64,000 nucleotides of DNA from the NCBI GenBank assembly GCA_965237415.1, contig CBDEFM010000002.1:3232001-3296000 (forward strand). The letters run 5' to 3'. How positions within the stretch are numbered: position 1 is the first letter of the stretch; each line of letters begins with the position of its first letter. The translations under genes were made by a program, and so were the position numbers. The stretch comes from Alphaproteobacteria bacterium. GTDB lineage: Bacteria > Pseudomonadota > Alphaproteobacteria > UBA828. The notes beneath the pieces are model-generated. The model was not told the origin of the DNA and made no database searches. It worked only from the letters and a program-made list of their open reading frames with translations. Shown here one piece after another: positions 10,892 to 18,514 of the stretch.

Positions 10892-11835
10892 GCGGGGAGA
10901 CGCTTGAAACGAGAGGGTATGCTGGGACTGGTGCGCGCGGCGCCCCCTACATCAAAGCGGACACCTACACCCCTTCCCATCATGTTCGGGTCGACGATCT
11001 GGAGAGAGACCCGTTCACCGAAATCTCGCAGTGCTTGCTACTATGCGGAGACGCAAGGCAGGCCCTCTCGCTTCTCCCGGATAACTCGGTTCAGACCGTT
11101 CTGACTTCGCCACCCTATTGGTCTCTCCGAGACTACGAGGTCGAGGAACAGACTGGGAGGGACGACAATCTGGACTCCTACATTGAGAGCGTTGTCGGGA
11201 CCTTCGACGAGGTGTTCCGTGTCCTTCGGGACGACGGCACCGTTTGGCTGAATGTCGGGGATTCCTATACCTCCGGGAATCGCCGCTACCGAGCCCCTGA
11301 TCGAAAGAACCGCGCGCGAGCAATGCAAGTTCGCCCCCCGACACCTGAGGGGTTGAAGCCAAAGGATCTGATCGGCGTTCCATGGCGGTTGGCATTCGCC
11401 CTTCAGGAAGCCGGGTGGTGGCTCCGCAGCGAAGTTATTTGGCACAAGCCGAACGCGCATCCTGAATCGGTTCTGGATCGGCCGACAAAGGCGCACGAGA
11501 CGATATTCCTGCTATCGAAGGCCAAGGATTACCACTACGACATTGAAGCCGTTCGTGGCCCTAAGGGCCGTCGCCTGCGTTCCGTGTGGGATTTGCCTAC
11601 CGAGCCGGTGAAACGATCGAACGGTCGGGCCGACGACCATCCAGCGATGATGCCGCTCACACTCGCCCTGCGGTGCATCGCGATCACCGGCCGCAAGGAT
11701 GGTGTTGTGCTCGATCCTTATGCAGGTTCCGGGACCACCCTGCTGGCGGCGGCCGAACACGGATACATGTGGGTCGGAGCCGAAATCAAGCCGTCTTTCG
11801 TCGACCTGATCGAGCACCGGATAGACGACGCGTGA
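10888..11835 (+). CDS. Site-specific DNA methyltransferase, beta class N4/N6 (probably m4C, M.SmaI/M.Cfr9I-like)
   Basis: TSPPYW (motif IV) precedes DPYAGSGTT (motif I); KPKDLIGVPWRLAFALQ; TTG start overlaps the transposase stop. Confidence 0.93.
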   Translation: MSGETLETRGYAGTGARGAPYIKADTYTPSHHVRVDDLERDPFTEISQCLLLCGDARQALSLLPDNSVQTVLTSPPYWSLRDYEVEEQTGRDDNLDSYIESVVGTFDEVFRVLRDDGTVWLNVGDSYTSGNRRYRAPDRKNRARAMQVRPPTPEGLKPKDLIGVPWRLAFALQEAGWWLRSEVIWHKPNAHPESVLDRPTKAHETIFLLSKAKDYHYDIEAVRGPKGRRLRSVWDLPTEPVKRSNGRADDHPAMMPLTLALRCIAITGRKDGVVLDPYAGSGTTLLAAAEHGYMWVGAEIKPSFVDLIEHRIDDA

Positions 11836-12587
11836 CCCTCGAAGAACTAAAGGCGACGCTCGACTCCTTCTCCTCCGTGCAGATCGAGTTCGTGGCGAGA
11901 GTCATGGACTCCCTCGCCAACCCGCCCAGCGCTGACATCCGGCGAGCCGGAACATGGCTCACGGGGACGCCGGAATGGATGGAGTATTTTGGGCTAGCGC
12001 TGTCCGTTCATCACAGCGCGACCACCGAGCCATTGGGGTTGACGGCCTTCGAGGCCGTGTTCCGGAATGCCTGCGAGCATCTCGGCTGGCCCGTCGACCC
12101 TCCGGGATCGCGGACGCGCCGGTTCGTCGATCTGACCGTTCAGCCGGACACTGGACCGGAGCGGCGACTATCGCTGAAATCTACTGCGGCCGGCAATCTC
12201 TCACATACGTCCGTCCACATTTCCAAGCTCACCGAGGCTGCTTGGGTGCAGGACACACGCACCGCAAGAGCGAGGCAGAGTCGGACGTGGGAACTGTTCC
12301 GGGAATACCAGTCCGCCGTCAGCCATATCGTCATGCTTCGAGCGTTCCGAGAGGGGCAGGACCGTGTTCCGCGCCTCTATCAACTCGTAGAGATACCGGC
12401 CAGCATCTTCGACTCGATCCAGTCTGCCCCGCTGTCTGTATTCGAGCGCGATGCGCCGCTCATAGAGTGCGAGGTCGACGGCGAGGCGGCTGCCGTGGTT
12501 GCCATTGATCGATCCGACGCCAAAATCACCATCAGGCGGATACAGCTTGCTGCCTGTACTGTTCACGCCGAATGGAGCCGAGCATGA
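11832..12587 (+). CDS. Putative type II restriction endonuclease, SmaI-like
   Basis: GTGA overlap with the MTase stop; blocks HH..T.PL...FE, SRT..VDLTV, LSLKSTAA.NLS...HISK, YQLVEIP and C.VHAEW resemble R.SmaI as recalled (not aligned). Confidence 0.72.
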   Translation: MTLEELKATLDSFSSVQIEFVARVMDSLANPPSADIRRAGTWLTGTPEWMEYFGLALSVHHSATTEPLGLTAFEAVFRNACEHLGWPVDPPGSRTRRFVDLTVQPDTGPERRLSLKSTAAGNLSHTSVHISKLTEAAWVQDTRTARARQSRTWELFREYQSAVSHIVMLRAFREGQDRVPRLYQLVEIPASIFDSIQSAPLSVFERDAPLIECEVDGEAAAVVAIDRSDAKITIRRIQLAACTVHAEWSRA

Positions 12588-12748
12588 CCGAAAAGCCGAA
12601 ACCGCGTGGCCGTCCGCCAAAGGCAATCCCGAAGCTGAACGCCACGCCGGAGCGCGCAGCCCGCGCCATATTCTCCGCCGTGAAACCCGCCGACCCCACA
12701 ATCCGCGTTCAGAAGCCCCACATGCGGAAGCCGAAACCGAGGGATTGA
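12584..12748 (+). CDS. 54-aa basic protein with an AT-hook-like motif
   Basis: Manual translation MTEKPKPRGRPPKAIPKLNATPERAARAIFSAVKPADPTIRVQKPHMRKPKPRD*; ATGA overlap with the REase stop. Confidence 0.6.
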   Translation: MTEKPKPRGRPPKAIPKLNATPERAARAIFSAVKPADPTIRVQKPHMRKPKPRD

Positions 12749-12752
12749 TGAG

Positions 12753-13040
12753 ATGGGGGAACGATGGATCGCCAACCCCGAGATGCCCAAGCCGTTCCCG
12801 CTGAAACTGGAGTCAATCCGCAGAGCGGCTGTGGAACGATGGGGTGATGCTCCCATTTTGGAAGATGAATCCGCCAGGGCCACAATTCTGCTGTGGGTCT
12901 ACGCTGGGTGCCCAGACGCAGCGGATGTTTGCCTCAACGTCGCAACACGCCAACCACCCGTCCCAGGACAGGGAGAGATGAATCCCGAAGCATTCATGAC
13001 CGCGCTCTTCAAGCGCGGGGTCTTTCTGCCTGCAGAATAG
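12753..13040 (+). CDS. Hypothetical protein (IS cargo)
   Basis: 95-aa ORF 4 nt after the previous stop, ending 9 nt before the right TIR. Confidence 0.45.
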   Translation: MGERWIANPEMPKPFPLKLESIRRAAVERWGDAPILEDESARATILLWVYAGCPDAADVCLNVATRQPPVPGQGEMNPEAFMTALFKRGVFLPAE

Positions 13041-13084
13041 CCGACGGGTTGGCTAGTTAGGCGTATAATCCCCCTTCCTTTCGG

Positions 13085-13330
13085 GTTCCCAGAACCATGG
13101 TGCGGTGCCCGGCGTGCGATTCCAGCGCCAGGATGGCGCCATGCAAAGCGCGAGCAAGTGGGGCATGGCATCGAGAATCGGGGTCAGCGGGCGTTCTCTG
13201 GGCGCGCGGTTGCCGCGCGTGGTTTGCGCGGCCTCTTGTCTCGCGGAATCCCACTTAATCCCACTTAATCCCGGCGAATCCCGCTTCGATTTAATTTGTC
13301 GCCCAAGGTGGGACGCGGAATCGGACCGCG
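13085..13330 (-). repeat. Dispersed repeat, copy C (GGGATT-phased family)
   Basis: AATCCC at 13247, 13257, 13267 and 13277, plus an ACCATGGTGCGG end motif; reverse complement of the copies at about 49200 and 49950. Boundaries approximate. Confidence 0.75.
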
Positions 13331-13424
13331 AGCGTGGTGAGAAATGAGGGCGACTGGCCCGTTTCCGAGGTTTCTACGCTTTCGACCCAATGCGTGTTCT
13401 TTTTTGGACCTCAGTTCCTCACTC

Positions 13425-13519
13425 CGTCATGCCCGGACTTGTTCCGGGCATCTCCGTCCGTCAACGCCGTCGGAGGTTGGACGGCCGCGTGGATGGCCGG
13501 AACGAGTCCGGCCATGACG
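13425..13519. repeat. CGTC-type REP-like palindromic doublet
   Basis: CGTCATGCCCGGACTTGTTCCGGGCATC...GATGGCCGGAACGAGTCCGGCCATGACG; second copy at 50422-50516. Confidence 0.85.
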
Positions 13520-13565
13520 AGGAGGGGACACCCTGCGAATGTGTAAGAATCTCTCGAACGGGACA

Positions 13566-14609
13566 CTAGGGATCGCGCCCCAGCACCGCCATCAGCTCGC
13601 GCCACTCGCGCTTGGAGAGCCCGCTGCTCGCCTGATCGACCGCTTCGCCGGCGAGCATGCGCTTGACCGCGGCGAGCCCGCCTGCGGAGAGCGACGCGGC
13701 GTCCATCGCATAGTCGCGGAAGGCTTGGTACGTCGCAGGCACCCAGCTCATGACGATCTTGTCGAGGATCACGTCGGCATAGGCGCGGATTTCGTACTGG
13801 GCGTGGGCATCGGCCCGGAGCGAGAGGAAGTGCAGGAGGTTGTGCAGGTCGATCTTCCAGTAGAACTGGGTGTAGTAGTTGACCGGCAGCGCCGCGCGCG
13901 CGAGCTCGCGGGCGAGCCCGGCACGATCCGGGTCCTTTCGATCCCCGCTGTCGTCCTCGTTGAGCAGGTTCTTGTAGACGCCATAGGCGCGGGTCGAAAT
14001 CCAATCGAGGCGAGAGAGTGCCTGCCGGGCCTCCTCGTCGGTCAGCACATCGTCCCGGCCCTGCATGTTGGAATCGGATTGCGCGGCGAGGGCCAACCGC
14101 TCACCCGCTGCCTCCGTGCTGCCGAACAGGTCGTCCATGCCGCTGCTGCTGGCCCGCTGGCGCCCGATCTGCTCCTCGTGGACCGATTGCAGGTGGTCCG
14201 CGTCCGGCACGTAGAACTCGCGGTCCAGCCGCGAGTAGCGCGCCGAATATTCGTTGACGCTGGCGGTGCGGTGGCGGAGCCACTGCCGCGCGACGAAGAT
14301 CGGCGCCTTGATGTGCAGCTTGAGCTCGCACATCTCGAAGGGCGTCGTGTGGCGGTGGCGCAGGAGATAGCGGATCAGCGCGCGGTCCTCCCGCACCTTG
14401 CGCGTGCCCGCGCCGTAGGAAACCCGCGCCGCCTGGACGATGGCCGCGTCGTCGCCCATGTAGTCGATCACGCGGACGAAGCCGTGATCGAGCACGTCGA
14501 AGCGCTCGTAGAGGATCGCCTCCATGGCCGGCACCGTGACGCGCCGGGTCTCCTGCGAGGTGGCGCGTTGGGCCTCGATCTCCGCCCGCTTGTGGTCGTC
14601 GATCGGCAT
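13566..14609 (-). CDS. thyX: FAD-dependent thymidylate synthase
   Basis: [19 protein letters not shown] ThyX motif; AARVSY; HAQYEIR; ATG at 14609 (the longer ORF overlaps ssrA). Confidence 0.95.
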   Translation of the reverse strand: MPIDDHKRAEIEAQRATSQETRRVTVPAMEAILYERFDVLDHGFVRVIDYMGDDAAIVQAARVSYGAGTRKVREDRALIRYLLRHRHTTPFEMCELKLHIKAPIFVARQWLRHRTASVNEYSARYSRLDREFYVPDADHLQSVHEEQIGRQRASSSGMDDLFGSTEAAGERLALAAQSDSNMQGRDDVLTDEEARQALSRLDWISTRAYGVYKNLLNEDDSGDRKDPDRAGLARELARAALPVNYYTQFYWKIDLHNLLHFLSLRADAHAQYEIRAYADVILDKIVMSWVPATYQAFRDYAMDAASLSAGGLAAVKRMLAGEAVDQASSGLSKREWRELMAVLGRDP

Positions 14610-14700
14610 GGTGTCGGTGATCCCCGGTGGCGCGGTTCGGCCGGCCAAGTCGGCGGTCGCGCTTCGCTCGGACGGCCGCTCGTGGCGCCCTATTGGCCGC

Positions 14701-14729
14701 TTCCATTTGGCGCCGCGACCTCCTATATT
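14701..14729 (+). promoter_or_regulatory. Candidate ssrA promoter
   Basis: TTCCAT-17bp-TATATT immediately upstream of the tmRNA. Confidence 0.45.
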
Positions 14730-14733
14730 AGCT

Positions 14734-15020
14734 GGGTCGGCGGGAGACCGTCGACTATGGCGATAAACGCTGCTCGGAATAATCGTTGCGGACCCGGGGG
14801 CAGTACCCGGCGCCTCCACCACCCTTTGGGCCGGCGGCCCGCGTTGCGGGGGCGAACCAGGATCGACGTGCGTGGTAAAGGTGTAGTTTTCGCCCGGCAT
14901 GGTACCGCCGTTATCGGGCCAACGCAGAGGTGCGAATGACAATGAAGTCGCACTCGCTGCCTAGCATCGCTAGGTAAGCGCGGCTTGGGGGGCGCCGGGC
15001 AACAGAAGCCCCCCGCTTAC
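14734..15020 (+). ncRNA. ssrA: Two-piece (permuted) tmRNA
   Basis: T-arm/acceptor GGACCCGGGGGCAGTACCCGGCGCCTCCACCA (ends 14821) precedes GGGGGCGAACCAGGATCGAC (14848); tag [10 protein letters not shown] at 14932-14964; between thyX and sspB. Outer ends approximate. Confidence 0.93.
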
Positions 15021-15273
15021 CGCGCATTTCTCACCAAGGCTACGGCCCGCGCCACCCGGACCATGGTCCTGGTGACATTCGGGGTGGGCCCGGCATGATC
15101 GCCAAGGCCATGGTTTGCTGCGAATGGGGCCGGTGGCTGAAAACAAAAAATCGCAAAACGAAGCCAATTTCACATAACTGGTTGTTTCACAATCAGAATC
15201 GGAGATTCGAACTGATCTCAACGTCTGGCGGAGCGGACATCTGGGCGCACCGCGCCCCCCCTGGCGCTTCCCA

Positions 15274-15376
15274 CGTAACCCAAACCGCGCGCGTCCCGCG
15301 TAACCCAAACCGCGCGCGTCCCGCGAGCCTCATACCGCGCGCCTCCGGCGCGACCCAATATACCGCGCGCGTCCCG
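15274..15376. repeat. Tandem repeat, about 25 bp x4
   Basis: CGTAACCCAAACCGCGCGCGTCCCG twice exact, then two degenerate units. Confidence 0.8.
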
Positions 15377-15462
15377 CGCGACGCAGGCCGTGACCCTGGC
15401 GAGGCATCCGGGCTAAGCTGCCTGCGGGCCAAGTTGCCGGGCGAGCGGACACGGACGCGGGA

Positions 15463-16044
15463 ATGGGCAAGGATCTGATCGGCTACAACACGATGGTGGA
15501 AAGCGGATTGCGCTCGGTGGTCCGTGAGGCGCTCCGCCGGGTCGCCGCCGAGGGCTGGCCCGGCACCCATCACGCCTACATCGCCTTCAAGACCGCTGCG
15601 CCCGGTGTCGAGTTGCCGGACTCGCTCCTCGCGCGCCACCCCGACGAGCTGACGATCGTGCTTCAGCACCAGTTCTGGGGCTTGGAGGTCGACGACGACT
15701 CCTTCGCCGTGACGCTTAGTTTCAACAAGGTCGGCCAGCGTATCGTCGTGCCCTTCGCAGCGCTTACCAGCTACGCCGACCCTTCGGTCAAGTTCGGCCT
15801 GCAATTCGGAATTCCTCCGGAGGCGCGCGGAGAGGCTCCGCCAAAGGCGCGCGGCCACAAGGTTCTGCCCGAGGCTGACGGCGCAGAGGCGGGCGGAGAA
15901 GAGGTCGCGCCGGAGGCGAGCGGAGAAGAAACTTCGCCGGAGGCGAGCGGAGAAGAAACTTCGCCGGAGGCGAGCGGAGAAGAAACCGCGCCGGAGGCGG
16001 GCGGCGAGAAGGTCGTGGCGCTCGACCGCTTTCGTAAGAAGTAG
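15463..16044 (+). CDS. sspB: ClpXP adaptor SspB (alphaproteobacterial type)
   Basis: HHAYIAFKT, LTIVLQHQFW, DPSVKFGLQF, C-terminal VVALDRFRKK ClpX-binding motif. Confidence 0.92.
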   Translation: MGKDLIGYNTMVESGLRSVVREALRRVAAEGWPGTHHAYIAFKTAAPGVELPDSLLARHPDELTIVLQHQFWGLEVDDDSFAVTLSFNKVGQRIVVPFAALTSYADPSVKFGLQFGIPPEARGEAPPKARGHKVLPEADGAEAGGEEVAPEASGEETSPEASGEETSPEASGEETAPEAGGEKVVALDRFRKK

Positions 16045-16818
16045 TTACTCCTCCCATTCGAGGTTGCCGCAGACCCCGATCAGTTGCCCGGTGATGTTGC
16101 GCGCCGTGTCCTGCGCCAGGAAGAACGCGGCGTCGGCGACCTCCTCGCAGGAAATCAGCGAGCGCGTGGAGATGAAGCTGACGTAGCGCTCGTGCGCCTC
16201 CTCGACCGACTGCCCTCGCTCGCTCGCGAGATGCGTGATCAGGCGCCGCCCGCGCGGATTGTCGATGATCCCCGGCAGGATCGCGTTGCAGCGGATGCCG
16301 AAGGGGCCGAGCTCCCGCGCCAGATTCCGGGTCATGCCGTCCACCGCACACTTGGAAGTGACGTAGGCGGTCCTGAGCGGCATCCCGACCCTGGTGGATG
16401 CGGTCGAGATGTTGATGATCGCGCCCTCGCCCTTGGCCTTCATCACCGGTACGGCGCGCTTGATGCAATGGAACATGCCGTTGAGGTTGACGTCGATCAC
16501 CCGATACCAGTCGTCGTCCTCGATCTCCTCCACCGGTGCGCGCGGCCCGCTGATGCCGGCGTTGTTGACCAGCACGTCGAGGGTGCCGAGGGCCTCGAGC
16601 CCGTCCTCGAACCAGCGCGCGACTGCGTCCGCCGAGCCCACGTCCGCGATGCTGCCGGACATGCCGGGGTTGGCACCGAGCACATCCTCCAGGCTCTCGG
16701 TGGTCACGCAGCAGATATGGACGCGCGCGCCTGCGGCGTGGAAGCGCTCTGCCACGGCGCGGCCGATGCTGCGGCCGGCGCCGGTCACCATCACGGCCTG
16801 TGACGTATCGCTCGTCAT
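16045..16818 (-). CDS. SDR family oxidoreductase
   Basis: TGAGRSIG, NNAG, YVTSK; ATG at 16818. Confidence 0.9.
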   Translation of the reverse strand: MTSDTSQAVMVTGAGRSIGRAVAERFHAAGARVHICCVTTESLEDVLGANPGMSGSIADVGSADAVARWFEDGLEALGTLDVLVNNAGISGPRAPVEEIEDDDWYRVIDVNLNGMFHCIKRAVPVMKAKGEGAIINISTASTRVGMPLRTAYVTSKCAVDGMTRNLARELGPFGIRCNAILPGIIDNPRGRRLITHLASERGQSVEEAHERYVSFISTRSLISCEEVADAAFFLAQDTARNITGQLIGVCGNLEWEE

Positions 16819-17086
16819 GGCACACCCTCGGGCTTCCCTGGGATGACGGCGCGAAGATAGAGCGGTGGCCGGCGCGGGCCAAACCCCAGTCAGATGCACG
16901 CCAGCAGCAGAAGTGACAGGAGAGATGGGTGCCCGGGCCGCAGGCCCGGACGGCGCGACTGCGCCGCGCGCGGATACGCGCGTAGTGTCGCGCGTCCACG
17001 CGCGCGGAGCGCACGATCGAGCGGCGCGAGCGCCCGGCGACTGAGGGATATGGTAAAGGAGGCCCGCAACCGGAGAGGGTACGGCC

Positions 17087-18493
17087 ATGACCGACACATC
17101 GGCGGAGACCCGGCGCGAGACGGACTCGATCGGCGCGATCGACGTGCCCGCGAGCGCCTATTGGGGTGCTCAGACCCAGCGCAGCCTGCAGAACTTCAGG
17201 ATCGGCGGTGAGCGCATCCCGCCGCCGCTGATCCGGGCGCTCGGCATCGTCAAGCAGGCGGCGGCGCGGGTGAATGTCGAAGCGGGCCTGCTCGATGCCG
17301 AGGTCGGCGCGGCGATCGATACGGCTGCGGGCGAGGTCATCGCGGGCGCGCTCGACGACCACTTCCCCCTCGTCGTCTGGCAGACCGGGTCGGGCACCCA
17401 GAGCAACATGAACGCCAACGAGGTGATCGCAAACCGGGCCTGCGAGATCCTGGGTCAGCCGATGGGCCAGAAGACCCCGGTCCACCCCAACGACCACGTC
17501 AACCGGAGCCAGTCGTCCAACGACACCTTCCCGACCGCGATGCACGTCGCCGCCGTGGAGCAGTGCCATCACCTGCTGCTTCCGGCGCTCGAGCATCTGC
17601 ACCGGGCGCTTGCGGCGAAATCGGAGGCCTTCGCCGATATCGTCAAGATCGGCCGGACCCATCTCCAGGACGCGACGCCGCTCACCCTCGGCCAGGAGTT
17701 CTCCGGCTATGCGACGCAGGTGGAGTACGGCATCGAGCGCGTGCGTGCCGCGCTGCCCAGGCTTTGCGCGCTCGCCCAGGGCGGCACCGCCGTCGGCACC
17801 GGGCTCAACACCAAGGCGGGCTTCGATGCGCGCTTCGCGGCCGAAGTCGCCGCGCTCACCGGGCTTCCCTTCAGGACCGCCGAGAACAAGTTCGAGGCCA
17901 TCGCCGCCAACGACGCGGTCGTCGAGATGTCGGGCGCGCTCAACACCGTGGCTGCGAGCCTGATGAAGATCGCGAACGACATAAGGCTGCTGGCGTCGGG
18001 CCCGCGCTGCGGCCTGGGCGAGCTCGAATTGCCGGCGAACGAGCCAGGCTCCTCGATCATGCCCGGCAAGGTCAACCCGACTCAAGCGGAGGCGCTGACC
18101 ATGGTGGCCGCCCAGGTCATGGGCAATAACGTCGCGATATCGGTGGGCGGCGCCAGCGGGCACTTCGAGCTCAACGTGTTCAAGCCCGTGATGATCTACA
18201 ACCTGCTCCAGTCGATCCGGCTGATCGGCGACGGTGCCCGCAGCTTCACCGACAATTGCGCCGCAGGCATCGAGCCCAACCGCGCGCGTATCGACCAGCT
18301 CCTCCACGAATCGCTGATGCTGGTGACCGCGCTAAACCCGTATATCGGCTACGACAACGCCGCCAAGGTGGCGAAGAAGGCCCACGCCGAGGGCACGACG
18401 CTGAAGGAGGCCGCGCTTGCCCTGGGCGTGGTGAGCGATGCCGACTTCGAGCGCTGGGTCGATCCAACGAAGATGACCGGCCCGACGCCTTAG
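17087..18493 (+). CDS. fumC: Fumarate hydratase class II
   Basis: [29 protein letters not shown]. Confidence 0.97.
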   Translation: MTDTSAETRRETDSIGAIDVPASAYWGAQTQRSLQNFRIGGERIPPPLIRALGIVKQAAARVNVEAGLLDAEVGAAIDTAAGEVIAGALDDHFPLVVWQTGSGTQSNMNANEVIANRACEILGQPMGQKTPVHPNDHVNRSQSSNDTFPTAMHVAAVEQCHHLLLPALEHLHRALAAKSEAFADIVKIGRTHLQDATPLTLGQEFSGYATQVEYGIERVRAALPRLCALAQGGTAVGTGLNTKAGFDARFAAEVAALTGLPFRTAENKFEAIAANDAVVEMSGALNTVAASLMKIANDIRLLASGPRCGLGELELPANEPGSSIMPGKVNPTQAEALTMVAAQVMGNNVAISVGGASGHFELNVFKPVMIYNLLQSIRLIGDGARSFTDNCAAGIEPNRARIDQLLHESLMLVTALNPYIGYDNAAKVAKKAHAEGTTLKEAALALGVVSDADFERWVDPTKMTGPTP

Positions 18494-18514
18494 GCGTCGA
18501 GACCCGGCCTCGGC

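Larger units (their letters stand above)
9845..13073 (+). mobile_element. IS1595-family element with passenger genes (restriction-modification cargo)
   Basis: Perfect 24-bp TIRs GGGGATTATACGCCTAACTAGCCA (9845-9868) and its reverse complement (13050-13073); 8-bp TSD CTTCCTTT at 9837-9844 and 13074-13081; IS1595 transposase inside. Confidence 0.95.

Noticed and set aside
14790-14821. Possible tRNA gene or integration att site
   Set aside because: It is the acceptor/T-arm of the permuted tmRNA; I saw no duplicate of this 3' end and no integrase in the window.
14610-14942. N-terminal extension of the thyX ORF
   Set aside because: Overlaps the tmRNA gene antisense; homology starts at MPIDDH (14609).
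15274-15376. Possible CRISPR array
   Set aside because: Units are directly tandem with no unique spacers, and there are no cas genes.
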